A stretch of DNA of 64,000 nucleotides from the NCBI GenBank assembly GCA_951406725.2, contig OX597830.1, positions 32,302,001 through 32,366,000 on the forward strand, given 5' to 3'. The notes beneath the pieces are model-generated. The model was not told the origin of the DNA. It did no database searches and saw nothing but the letters and a program-made list of their open reading frames with translations. Below are positions 1-12,977 of this stretch, one piece after another. How positions within the stretch are numbered: the stretch's first letter is position 1; the number at the start of each line of letters is the position of its first letter. A program made the translations under genes and the position numbers. The DNA comes from Octopus vulgaris (taxonomy: Eukaryota).

Positions 1-250
1 CTCTCGTCCACTTAATAATACTAACTCGATTCTTTCTTCTTTAGACAGATTCATCATTCGATCTGGGATTCTTTCTTTAGACAGAGCCATCATTCGATCA
101 TCTGTAGAAAAAATAACAAATAAATTTACAAAAGTAAAGTATTTTTTTATTTAATTTAAACAAAAGTAAAAAAGGAAAATTATTATTTCTGATATTTATT
201 TGTTTATGCTATGATTTTATTCCATAAACCCAGACTTCGTGGACACCCTA
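1..250 (-). mobile_element. Left end of Tc1/mariner-superfamily DNA transposon (rosa/DUF4817-like N-terminus), truncated by window edge
   Basis: Minus strand begins TAGGGTGTCCACGAAGTC (CAGGGTGTCC-type TIR) at ~250; minus-strand reading MNLSKEERIELVLLSGRE at 1-54 resembles a transposase HTH N-terminus; short tandem duplication at 28-98. Confidence 0.6.
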
Positions 251-278
251 AAATTGCTTTGATTAAAACCCTTTCAAC

Positions 279-1274
279 ATGGAAGTATCCAAGGAGCATT
301 TAAGGCACATATAATTCTTTATGAGTACAATAAAGGTAACTCTGCAGCCGAAGTGACTCGAAACATACACTCAGTTTATGGGAAAGTGCTCGAATGAAAG
401 AACTTGCAGGAGATCGTTTGCAAAACTGAAGATGAATATCGAACAGGACATCCAGTTGAGTTTGATGATAAGCTCCTTGAAGCATTACTTGAAGAAAATC
501 CGTCATTATCAGTTGAAGAATTGGCAATAAAGCTTAGTCCAAACCATACAACAGTTCATCGTCATCTTCAACAACGTGGTAAGATTCCTAAACTTGGAAA
601 ATAGGTGCCTTATGTACTGTCCGAAAGCAACTGCAAATCCCGAGTTGGCATCTGCTCTTCTCTCCATTCTCGCAAACTCATTTCACCCTTTTTCGATAGA
701 CTTGTGATGAAAAATGGATTTTCTATCGAAATGTTAAACGTCGTAAACAGTGGCTTGGTAAAAGGGAAAATGCTCAACCACAACCGAGAAGGGAACTTCA
801 TGGGAAAAAGGTTCTTCTCTCTATCTGGTGCAAAGGTGTAATTAACTTTATATTGTTACCACCTAATGCAACAATCAATGCTCAAGTGTTCTGTCAGCAA
901 TTAGAGCATTTGAACCAAGGTTTGAAGGAAAAAAGAGCCACTTTAGTGAGTCGAAAACGAATGATGTTTCATCAGGACAATGCGCAACCCCACACTGCAA
1001 AGATCACATCACAGAAGATCGAAGAGGTCGATTGTGAAAAATTTTTTCATCCACCTTATTCTCCCGACCTTGCTCCTTCAGACTACCATATGTTTCATAG
1101 TTTACCAAATTATTAGGGGGGGGCACAACTTTCGCAAACCAGGAGGAGGTCGAACCTGACATTTCAGAGTTCTTCGCTTTGAAACCAAAAGAGTTTTACA
1201 TTCATGGGATTGAAAAGCTTGTAAATAGATTGAAGTAAGTCATAGATAATCAGGGAAAGTACATTGATGATTAA
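279..1274 (+). pseudogene. Decayed mariner (DD34D) transposase
   Basis: MEVSKEHLRH..LYEYNKGNSAAEV N-terminus, LAIKLSPNHTTVHRHL HTH, KLGK*VPYVL (WVPHEL-like), HQDNAQPH and HPPYSPDLAPSDYHMF motifs, ending YIDD*; broken by frameshifts and stops. Confidence 0.92.
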
Positions 1275-1339
1275 CTTTCAATTAAATACATTTGATCACT
1301 TGTATTCTTTATCCAAAATTCGGACAGACCCGAGATATA

Positions 1340-1872
1340 TAAACTGGCGAAAATATATTTAAGACAGACGATAAAAGTTCTATTTCTTATAAAATATTTT
1401 GTTACTAACACCATACAATTATTTTTATCTTTTACACCTTATGCAAAATTTATTTCTTTTTCGACTGATGCAGACAATAAATATTTTTATGCAACTTGAA
1501 GAATTCTAATTAATATAAACTTTTCAAATTTACCGGGAAAATTAGTTTAAGACCATGTAATATGTATGCATTTTGTTGGCCAAAATGGGTGGTCACACAA
1601 CGAGCCTAAATGCACCATACAAAGTTATAATTTAATGTTATTATATAATTTATTAATAATGGGAAAACAACGTAGTCTTAGTCCAGTCACGAGAGCAAAA
1701 ATCGTATATTACAGCAAAAAGTTTCCTTTTCGAACATCAGCAAGCAACTAAACTGCAGTAAACCGGCTTGCGTGCATGCGTAGAAGTTATACTCGGAGAC
1801 TGGTCAATATAAAGATAGGCAAGGGACTAGTAACAGAATATAATCGGTCTTAAATTTATTTTCGCCGGTGTG
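1340..1872 (+). mobile_element. Internally deleted Tc1-like element with TIRs and TA flanks
   Basis: Left TAAACTGGCGAAAATATATTTAAGACAGA matches the reverse complement of right TCGGTCTTAAATTTATTTTCGCCGGTGTG; TA on both sides; transposase N-terminus from 1659 (MGKQRSLSPVTRAKIV...ISKQLNCS...YSETGQYKDR) with frameshift. Confidence 0.8.
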
Positions 1873-1953
<81 letters not shown>

Positions 1954-1955
1954 AT

Positions 1956-2583
1956 GGAATATTTTCCTTTTGAACGGCAGATGTCAACACAATTTCTAGT
2001 TAACTAAACACTTTTAAACTTCGTATACTGCTAGAATGAGTTTATAAAACATCATTTTCTCTTGGTTTTATTGAGAAAATTCTATAGTTCGTATGATATT
2101 TCGTCTGAAAATCTGCAATTTTAACCAATCGATTACCTCCATTCAACTTAAATCCTTTGCTGCATCTAAAACTGAGACAACAGCCTGTAACTAACCCTAA
2201 ACCTCCCTAACCCTAACCTAACCCTAAATTTTTTTCTTAATTATTAAATTAATTTAATTCCATTGCTTTAGTTTTTTACACGCGTAACAATTAAATTAAT
2301 TTAACAATTAATAAAAAAAATTTAGGGTTAGGGTAAGGGGGAGGTTTAGGGTTAGTTACAGGATGTTGTCTCAGTTTTAGACGCAGCAAAGGATTTTATC
2401 TCAAAAGAGAGCATAGGATTGGTTAAAATTCGAAAAATTAAAATACGTTAAACATACAAATTACCATTTTCTCAAGAAATCCAAGAGAAAAAAATGTTTT
2501 ATTTTGACACATTCTACTAGTATACGAAGTTTTGAAGTGTTTAGTTAACTAGAAATTGTCTGCCGTTAAAAAGGAAAAGATCC
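1956..2583. mobile_element. Foldback (palindromic) MITE with internal telomere-like repeats
   Basis: ~290-bp imperfect inverted arms GGAATATTTTCCTTTTGAACGGCAG ... CTGCCGTTAAAAAGGAAAAGATCC; AT on both flanks; CCCTAA tract at 2191-2227 mirrored by TTAGGG tract at 2321-2355. Confidence 0.85.
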
Positions 2584-2599
2584 ATATAATGTATATAAC

Positions 2600-2943
2600 A
2601 CGGGAATTTTAATGGAGATAACCTGCAGTATATAGTACAACATTGGGGAAGGGGTGTTACTGTAGCTTTATAGGCCCAAGAGATCTTCGTCTCTAGCTGG
2701 CTTTAGACACAATATCAGTGTCCTTGGAGTATTTGCAAAGGGAGGCCATCCCTTCCTCGCAAGCCTGAGTGATATGCTCGAACTAGTTTTGGGATTGTTG
2801 TCCCTCGTCAACGGGCGGTAATCACCAGGTCGCGATGAAAGTGAAGGCTGCTTTGCAAACATATATAAGTTTTTCTAATGGCGTCTGCCACTGATGTCGA
2901 AAAGCCATGATAAGATGGCTTCTATACTTTATATATATAGAGA
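2600..2943 (-). mobile_element. Non-autonomous Helitron 5' portion
   Basis: Minus strand starts A|TCTCTATATATATAAAG at 2943, the same 5' signature as the Helitrons at 24071 and 33792; no 3' CTAG terminus found on its left. Confidence 0.5.
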
Positions 2944-2987
2944 TGTACATGTAATATGTACACATATATATACACATATATACATGC

Positions 2988-3028
2988 ACTAGCACTATGA
3001 CCCGGCAACGACGGGTCATAATGCTAGT
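2988..3028. repeat. 41-bp palindrome resembling a Helitron 3' terminus on both strands
   Basis: ACTAGCACTATGACCCG-GCAACGA-CGGGTCATAATGCTAGT: 17-bp arms with 1 mismatch and CTAG at both ends. Confidence 0.8.
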
Positions 3029-3243
3029 ATATATATATATGTATGTATGTATGTATATATATGAGTATATATAAAAATAGATAAAGTAATTGAGTAGAAA
3101 TCGAACCGGTGAGTGTGGTAATTAATAAGGCATAAAAACAGAATGCTTCTCTCCAGACACAGTAGTATGTATATATAAATATACATATATGTGTGTGTGT
3201 AAGTGCATGTGTGTGTGTCTGTATATATATAAATATATATATA

Positions 3244-3634
3244 TTCTTTTTCTTTTTACTTGTTTCAGTCATTTGACTGTGGCCATACTGGAGCACCACC
3301 TTTAGTCGAGCAAATCGACCCCGGGACTTATTCTTTGTAAGCCCAGTACTTATTCTATCGGTCTCTTTTGCTGAACTGCTAAGTGACGGGGACGTAAACA
3401 CACCAGCATCGGTTGTCAAGCAATGCTAGAGGGACAAACACACACTCGCATATATATATATACATACATACGACAGGCTTCTTTCAGTTTCTGTCTACCA
3501 AATCCACTCACAAGGCTTTGGTCAGCCCGAGGCTATAGTAGAAGACACTTGCCCAAGGTGCCACACAGTGGGACTGAACCTGAAACCATGTGGTTGGTAA
3601 ACAAGCTACTTACCACACAGCCACTCCTGCGTCT
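3244..3634 (-). mobile_element. tRNA-derived SINE, family A (full length)
   Basis: Head GCAGGAGTGGCTGTGTGGTAAG...GGTTCAGTCCC (A/B-box-like), internal (TA)/(TG) tract, tail GACTGAAACAAGTAAAA; about ten copies in the window. Confidence 0.88.
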
Positions 3635-4101
3635 ATATATATATGCAATTATTAAAGAGAACAACAATTATACATCTGCTGCATCAGAAATCTGCAATAG
3701 CTTCATAACTACCATCTCGGTTATAATCTTGAAGCCCTAGCAATCCGTTACAGCTCTTACCTAGTGTATCTAATCGTTTAGATCACTTAACCCCCATACT
3801 TTGTGAACTAAACCCCCATACTATGTATGTATCTATCTATCTATCAATCTATCTATCTATCTATATGTATATATATATAATTAATAATATCAGGGTAATA
3901 AAGATTTTATAAATTTGTTGCTACCTGTGGCCTAGCATATAGAAAAATTAATCAATAGACTATATATTATTCATATAAAATACACTGTTCCTTCTAGCAT
4001 AAGGGATTCCTATGATGGCTACCTCTTAATGTGTTTAAATGTACAGTGTATTTTATATATATATATATATACTGGAAGGTTTGGAGATGATGTACAGGTA
4101 T

Positions 4102-4201
4102 TATATATTAGAAGAAATGAGGTACTCAGAAGATTGGATGGTTTATATTTACAGATATTTATTTAAATATAAACCATCTGTTCTTCTGAGTACCTCATTT
4201 C

Positions 4202-4213
<12 letters not shown>
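4102..4213. repeat. ~110-bp near-perfect palindrome in TA microsatellite
   Basis: TATATTAGAAGAAATGAGGTACTCAGAAGA..GATGGTTTATATTTA / TAAATATAAACCATC..TCTTCTGAGTACCTCATTTCTTCTAATATA. Confidence 0.85.
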
Positions 4214-4291
<78 letters not shown>

Positions 4292-4299
4292 CACATACA

Positions 4300-4406
4300 C
4301 AGGGTGGCCCAAAAGTGGGCTTACAGTTATTCTAATATCTCTTTAAATGTAATAAAATGTTTTGAAAGAAATTTAAAGTTGCCTGTAAATCTACTTTTGT
4401 GCCATC

Positions 4407-4409
<3 letters not shown>
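4300..4409. mobile_element. Tc1/mariner-type MITE
   Basis: TIRs CAGGGTGGCCCAAAAGTGGGCTTACAG / CTGTAAATCTACTTTTGTGCCATCCTG, right flank TA. Confidence 0.7.
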
Positions 4410-4474
<65 letters not shown>

Positions 4475-4699
4475 ACTTATGCACATATATAGATATTTAT
4501 ACACATATGTACATGCGCACAGGCATGTATGCATGCACAATTAAATGCATACTCAGATTTCACACTAATTATAATTCATTCTTAGCAATATATATTTTTT
4601 TATTATGAATATGAATTTACTTTAATTAATTTAGCCTTTTTTAATTTTCTTATCGTTGATTGTCATCATTATTATTTATCAGTATGCTAATCCTAATAA

Positions 4700-5800
4700 T
4701 CATCATTACAATTATTACTATTTTTGTCAATCCTCATCAGCATCATCATCATCATCTTCATCATAATCATCATCATCACCACCATCAGTCATCATCATCG
4801 TCATCACCATCACCATCACCACCATCACTCTCATCGTCATCATCATCATCATCATCATCATCATCACCATCGCTGTCATCGTCATCATTCATCATCATTA
4901 CCATCATGTCATCGTCATCATCATTACCATCACTGTCATCGTCATCATCATTACCATCACTGTCATCGTCATCATCATCATCATCACCATCACTGTCATC
5001 GTCATCATCATCATCACTGTCATCATTCATCGTCATCATCATCATCATCATCATCATCATCTTCGTCATCGTCATCATCATCATCATCATCATCATTATC
5101 ATGTTATGTACACTCTTTGTATTTAAGAATTTTTGTGACAAAAACCATCCTAAATCCTTTTGAGAACCACCTCTTTACAATGATTCTCCTCTCATTCTCC
5201 TCTCGTTTTTAATTTGAAGAACCTCTCTTCGCCATGTGCCAACCAATTCCACCCAAGCGCCACCCACCTACATGAATCTCATACAATATGCTTCATCACC
5301 ATTGCTTTCATCTCCTCTTTCATTTAACACCACCAACACCACTATGACCACCACAACTATCATGTGCTCCTGACAATAACCACAACTACCACTGCAACCA
5401 CCACAACCACCATGAATACTACCACTACCACCACCACAACTACAATCACTGCATCCATCACATCTACCACAACTACAATGATCACTGCCACTGATACCAC
5501 CAGCTTCACTGTCACCACCACCATCACTGCTACCAACACCACACCAACAACACCAACACCAACACCACAATCACCATCCACCACCATCTGTGATACCTCA
5601 ACCACCAACATCACCATCAACATCACCACCATCACCACCATTACTACCACCACTGCTGCCACGAGCACAAGCACTACTACCACCACCCACCACCATTACT
5701 ACCACCACTGCTGCCACCAGCACAAGTACTACTACCACCACCCACCACTACACATACAACAACTGACATACGTCAACCAATAGCAACACCACCATCACCA
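4700..5800. repeat. Degenerate (CAT)n and (CAC)n microsatellite blocks
   Basis: Direct inspection; these produce the poly-H/S/T ORF artefacts. Confidence 0.9.
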
Positions 5801-6791
5801 ACATTACCTTTTTCCTCCACAAATACCACTCCATCACTGCTACAAAACTATTATTACCATATTATATCACTGATTCCACCAGCTATAATGCTACACAGCA
5901 TCACTATAATGCTACACAGCACCAATTCTTTCTCTTTGATCCACAGAACCCACTCCAACAGTGTCATGCTGCCAAAATACTTATAATTCAATCATTCTCA
6001 CAATTCCTCTACTTTCACACTGATATTTCCATTTTTGTTTTTCTTGGCACCAACATTGCTATCCATGCTCCAATTTAGCATTACTATCCTGCCACATCAC
6101 CATTCTACACCACTACCCTACCCCTTATTCCTGCAACAATGCCGCAATGACTATTGCTACAACCCACAAGTATCTCCAAAATTCCCACAATAAAACTTAC
6201 CCCCATCCCCATTACATCACCACACATTACTGTCTAAGGCATAGGAACAGTGGGGCTTCACAGGTATATGGGTTCAAATATGATCTATCTATGTTCTGGA
6301 TTGCTATCGTTCTTTACCACCAGCTCATGATTCTGCGATTCAAAACTAACCCCCTTCTATGCTACAATCCCACAAATTAATATTCTATGCCAACATCCTA
6401 CACCACTAGCCTTCTACACCACCAGAACCTATCCCACAGAGAAATGCCATTAACCCTGATTCCCACAAGTATTCTGCACCTGCAACATTCCTTTATTGTG
6501 TCATGCCACCACCATTCCAGCAACCAGTATTCTACACCAACACCACTTACCCTAAAGTGTCGTTCTACCCTTTTTACTTCAATACCACTAAAACTGTTAC
6601 CCTACTCCTCCTTCCTGCCACAATGACTATTCCCACAACTCACAAGTATCACCAAAATTCCCACAATAACACTTACTGCCATCCCCACTACACCATCACA
6701 CATTATTGTCTAAGGCATAGGAACAGTGGCCAGTTGCCCCTTGGGGCCTTACAAGTATATGGGCTCAAATATGATCTATATATTGTGGATT

Positions 6792-7200
6792 GCGCAGGAG
6801 TGGCTGTGTGGTAAGTAGCTTGCTAACCAACCACATGGGTCCGGGTTCAGTCCCACTGTGTGGCATCTTGGGCAAGTGTCTTCTGCTATAGCCCCGGGCC
6901 GACCAATGCCTTGTGAGTAGATTTGATAGACGGAAACTGAAAGAAGCCTGTCGTATATATGTATATATATATATGTGTGTGTATGTGTTTGTGTGTCTGT
7001 GTTTGTCTCCCTAGCATTGCTTAACAACCGATGCTGGTGTGGTTACGTCCCCGTCACTTAGTGGTTCAGCAAAAGAGGCCGATAGAATAAGTACTGGGCT
7101 TACAAAGAATAAGTCCCGGGGTCGATTTGCTTGACTAAAAGGCGGTGCTCCAGCATGGCCGCAGTCAAATGATTGAAACAAGTAAAAGAGTAAAAGAGAG
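6792..7200 (+). mobile_element. SINE family A (full length)
   Basis: Colinear with the 3244-3634 copy in opposite orientation; AGTAAAAG tail repeats. Confidence 0.88.
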
Positions 7201-7309
7201 TAAAGGAGTAAGTAAATGCCCACCCGTTACTTCATCCCAAGGATCCAAAGCATTGATTTGCTGGGGCTATTATAGAATGTTGCTAAGATGGCCCTGCCAC
7301 TACATGCCC

Positions 7310-7985
7310 ACTATATAATCACCATTCCCACAATACAACAAACATCTTCACAATATAAGCACTATCCACACAATATAACTACCATTCCCACTTAACCACC
7401 ATTTCCAAAATATGATCCCACTGTTCCCACAAAATGACTACAGTTCACACAATGTAGTCACCACCCCACAATATAACCACCATTCCCACAATGAAACTAC
7501 CATTTCCACAATATGATCCCCCCTCTATTCCCAGAAAATGACCACTGTACCCACAATATAGCCACCATCTTCACAATATAACCACCATTCCCACTTAACC
7601 ACCATTTCCAAAGTATGATCCCACTGTTCCCACAAAATGTCTGCAGTTCACACAATGTAGTCACCACCCCACAATATAACCACCATTCCCACAATGAAAC
7701 TACCATTTCCACAATATGATCCCCCCTCTATTCCCAGAAAACGACCACTGTACCCACAATATAGCCACCATCTTCACAATATAACCACCATTTCCAAAAT
7801 ATGATCCCACTGTTCCCACAAAATGACTACAGTTCACACAATGTAGTCACCACCCCACAATATAACCACCATTCCCACAATGAAACTACCATTTCCACAA
7901 TATGATCCCCCCCTCTATTCCCAGAAAATGATCACTGTACCCACAATATAGCCACCATCTTCACAATATAACCATCATTCCCACA
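7310..7985. repeat. Minisatellite with higher-order structure (~20-bp subunits in ~190-200-bp units)
   Basis: CACAATATAACCACCATTCC-like subunits; larger blocks repeat near-identically from 7394, 7597 and 7783. Confidence 0.88.
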
Positions 7986-8499
7986 ACTTCACAACCATTC
8001 TTATAATGTAACCCCCAGTCCCACAATACAGCCACTCCTCTAAGAACACCAAATCCATGTCCAAAATATCAACTGCGATTCTATCATCCCCACCACACCA
8101 TTCTTGCAACACTAACACCATTCCCACAACAGTCATCCCTGCCACCATTCTTAAACGCTAACTTCAATCTCACCCCCAACAATGCCTCCACCTCCACCAC
8201 CAACACCAACAACACCACCAACAACACCACCAACAACACCACCACCACCAACAACAACAACAACAACACATTCATCTTCAGCAACTCACTAGTGCAAAGA
8301 ATAGGTAAAAAGAAAACAATTAGACTTAATTAATAAAAGACTTTAAAGAATTACAAGTAAGCAGGACCGAAATCTGTGGAAGACTTCTTTAATTAGTTTG
8401 AATTCATCAGAGTCTATATAATTCTTTCGACGACAGAGAAAATTTTGTCTGGAATTTATCTCCTGAACACTTATTGTCTCTTTTTAGCTATTTTGGTGG

Positions 8500-8669
8500 A
8501 GATTTCTCAAATACATATACATATATAGATAATTGCATACATACACATATATATATATTATAATACACACACACACATAGATATACGTACATACATACAT
8601 ACATACATACATGTCTATATATATATATATATATGTGCGCACACATATATATAAATATGTATATATTTG

Positions 8670-8702
<33 letters not shown>

Positions 8703-8799
8703 AAGTATATAATATAATATATATATACATATATATATATATATAAATATGTATGTATGTATATGTGTATGCATGTATCTATGTATGTATGAATGTATG

Positions 8800-8833
<34 letters not shown>

Positions 8834-9246
8834 TGTATGAATGTATGTATGTATGTATGTATGTATATATGGATGTATGTATGTATGTATCTATATATGT
8901 ATGTATGTATGTATGTATCTATATATGTATGAATGTATGTATGTATAAGAAAATACATAGAAATGTAGAGAGAGAAAGAGGGAGAGAGAGAGATCTTAAT
9001 ACCAATGAGAGAATATATTAAATGCTTATCTATCAGTGTATGTGTGTGTGTGTGCATGTGTATGTATGTGTGTAAGTATGCATTCACACAGGCAAACACA
9101 CGCATACATTCACTAATACATACACACATTGAAAGAAGACTGGTGTATGTATAAATGAAAGTACACATATGTGTCTCTGTGAAAAACTTTTGACATTCAG
9201 ATAGCCTATTGTTGTTATTATCAGCATTATTATCTATTATCTAAAC

Positions 9247-9307
<61 letters not shown>

Positions 9308-9761
9308 TTGGTGGTAGTAGTAGTAGTGGTGGTGGTGGTGTTGGTGGTGGTGGTTGGTGTCATGGAGGTAGTGGTGGTAGTGGTGGTAGTGATAGTAGGG
9401 GTGGTGGTGGTGACGGTGGTAGTGGTGGTGATGGTGGTGGTGGTGGTGGTGGTGGTGGTGGTGGTGGTGGTGGTGGTAGCTTCATTATTTTAATTTAAAT
9501 AACATTGATTTGTTGCTTTATTATTTTTTTCCTGTATCTAAGACAGAGCTATTCATTACACATACAAAAGATGTGTGTGCATGTGTGTGTGTGTATGTAT
9601 ACACATATGTATGCGTGTGTCTGTGTATATATATATATATATATATGTGTGTACGTGTGTGTATGTATATACATATATAGATATACATATAAATATATTC
9701 ATATTTACATATATATATATCTATCTATATGTCTCAATCTATATATATATATTGATACATA

Positions 9762-9808
<47 letters not shown>

Positions 9809-9820
9809 TATACATATATG

Positions 9821-9909
<89 letters not shown>

Positions 9910-9916
9910 ATGTAAT

Positions 9917-9956
<40 letters not shown>

Positions 9957-10523
9957 GTGAGAATTTAAGAAAAACAAAAGACGCATCTGTATACATATAT
10001 GTATGTATGTCTATATATGTGTGCATGTGTGTGCACGTGTGTGTGTGTATATATATATATTGTATATACATTTGTATATAGAGAGATAGATAGGTATTTG
10101 TGCGTTTGTACATATAAGTATGTGTGTGTGGAAGTGTGATGTCTGAGTGTGTCTCTTGAATAATTGGGAGACTTCAGAGAGAGGATGCGCAAGAAAATGA
10201 GTGATAATGAAAAAGATAATACAAGCAAGACAAGTACCGAGAATGACTTTGCTGTATGTATGCAGCACCGTTTGTGAGCATATGTATATATATATATATG
10301 TATGTATATATATATGTATTTATATATATATATATGTGTGTGTGTATGCATATAGCATATGTCTCTGTGTATATATGTATATACATATATATGTGTATGT
10401 GTGTGTGTGTGCATATATATATATATATGTATGCATGCATATTAGGTTGTGTAAATATATATACATATATATATATACGTATATATTTTTACACTTATAT
10501 ATGTATGCATATACCTATCTATC

Positions 10524-10555
<32 letters not shown>

Positions 10556-10795
10556 TATCAAACATATATATACATATGTGTATGTTTGTGTATATATATG
10601 CATGTATGTATGTATGTATGTATGTATGTATGTATGCATGTATGCATATATGTATAGTGTGTAGTGTGTGTATTTATGCATGTATACATGCATATTAGCT
10701 TGTGTAAATATATATGTCTATATTTCTACACCTATATATGCATGTATATACCTATCTCTCTATCTCTCTATCTATCTATCTATCTATCTATCTAC

Positions 10796-10827
<32 letters not shown>

Positions 10828-11142
10828 ATAGCATATATATGTGTGTGTGTATATATGTGTATGTATGTAGTTATGCATATACATATATATATGTGTAGTG
10901 TGTGTGTCTCTATATTTATGTATGTATGCATATTAGCATGTGTAAATATATATACATGTACATACGTATATATGTGTGCACACATGTAAATGTCTGTGCA
11001 TATCTTTGTATATGCATATATATGCACACACATGTGTGTGTGTATGCATGCATGTTAGCACGTGTAAATATATATATGTATATGTGTATATATATATATG
11101 GATGTCTTCATGTGTCCGTATGCATCTGTGTATACATGTGTG

Positions 11143-11179
<37 letters not shown>

Positions 11180-11180
11180 C
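8500..11180. repeat. Compound (TA)/(TG)/(TATG)/(TAG)/(GGT)/(TATC) microsatellite region
   Basis: Direct inspection. Confidence 0.9.
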
Positions 11181-11772
11181 TTTAATACTAGATCAATGAA
11201 AGGAGCTCAAAATGCATATAAAAGGAAAGGGTTACAAAAATATACCATGCAACAAAAAAATATATACAGCAACAACAACGACAACGACAATCTTGTTGGA
11301 ATATAAGTTCAATAACTAATAATACTAATAATATTTGCAAAAATTGGAACAAAACACTAAATTACATTTAGAAAATTCAAAAACAAACCAATAATTAAAA
11401 TTGAAATTTAAAAAAGCAGAATAAATAAAAAAAAATAACAGTATAACTAATTAAGTGAAAGAACGAAAGATCACCAAGTCTTGAACTTATGCTGTCAAGT
11501 TTCCGATCTTTGTTGTCTTTTTAAATAGCGGGGGATTTTCTGTGGTTTGATCAAGGTTCCATAATAAACTTTAATGAATATAGTTATTTTTCACAGCATC
11601 TTTCCAAGATGTAGCACTACACAATGTAGGTTATTGCCCGATTCTTTGAAAAGGTTTGTTGTTCTTTGTCTTTTCTTTATTTCTTTTTTTTTGTTCCTTT
11701 TGTTTTATTGTTTTTTTTTTTTTTTTGTTTTTTTGTCTATCGTTCTGAATTTACTTGTTGGAAGGATGGGAT

Positions 11773-11807
<35 letters not shown>

Positions 11808-11889
11808 AGAAATGGAAAAGAGTGGAGTGAAACATTTTCAAAAAGAAAAGGCAAACTTCTGCTACTTGCTACTATTAAAATTGCTTTCA

Positions 11890-12865
11890 GATTTTGACAC
11901 AAAGCCAGCAATTTTTGAATAATGTTGTCAAAAAATTAGGGCCAGCAATTTCAGAGCCAGCAATTTTGGGGGACCAGCAATTTTGGGGGACCAGCAATTT
12001 TGGAGGACCAGCAATTTTGGGGGGGAAGACAGTAAGTCAATTGCATCAACCCCAGAGCATAACTGGTACTTATTTTATCGACCCTGTAAAGGATGACATC
12101 AAAGCTGACTCCAGCAGAATCTGAACTCAGAACATAAAGACGGATGAAATGCCGCTAAGCAATTTTTTGTCTTGTCTGTTAACGATTCAGCCAGACCACC
12201 ACTTAAACTATTTCCTATTAACAATAATTATTTCTACACTCTAGGCACAAGGCCTTGAAAATTTTGGGGGAAGTGGGCTAGTTGATTACATCGACCCAAG
12301 TGCATAACTGGTACTTATTTCATCAACCCCGAAAGGATGAAAAGCAAAGTCAACCTCGACAGAATTTGAACTCAGAACATAACAGCAGTTACCCCACGTG
12401 CTAACGACTCTGTCAGCTCACCGCCTTTTTCCTATTAATAATAATGACTTCAACTTTTGGCACAAGGCCAGCAATACCATGGAAGAGGTTTAATCGATTA
12501 CATCAATTCCAGTGTCCAGCTGGTACTTATTCGACTAGTCCCAAAAGGATGAAAAGCGAAGTCAACCTTGCCAGAATTTGAACTTAGAATGTAAAAAGAC
12601 AGACAAAATACTAAGCACTTTGCTCAGCATGTTAATGATTCTACCAACTTGCTGCCTTAAGGATTTCACATTTCAGCACAAATTTTGAGAGAGGGGTAAG
12701 TTAATTCTATCAACCCAATTCCTCAGCTGGTACCTGTTTTATTGATCCCCCAAAAGAATGACAGGCAAAGTCGACCTCAGCAGAATTTGAACTCAGAACA
12801 TGAAGATGGACGAAATGCTGCTATACATTTTGCCTGCTGTGCTAACAATTCTGCCAGTGCACCAA
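11890..12865 (-). mobile_element. Cluster of four same-orientation SINE family B copies
   Basis: Each copy has the reverse complement of GCTGGCAGAA..GTTAGCA..TTCTGAGTTCAAATTC..GACTTTGCCTTTCATCCTTTCGGGGTCGAT..AAGTACCAG; copies at about 11890-12205, 12230-12425, 12445-12660 and 12660-12865. Confidence 0.85.
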
Positions 12866-12917
12866 CTTACTACTACTACTACTACTGCTACTACTACTAC
12901 TACTACTAATAATAATA

Positions 12918-12961
<44 letters not shown>

Positions 12962-12977
12962 AATAATAATAATAATA

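Noticed and set aside
2191-2355. Interstitial telomere or chromosome-fusion site
   Set aside because: Short degenerate tracts that are part of MITE inverted arms, in CCCTAA-then-TTAGGG order, opposite to a fusion signature.
2690-2800. TTCCTCGC resembling the L3 loop of an HDV-like ribozyme
   Set aside because: Could not build the P1/P2/P3 nested pseudoknot by eye.
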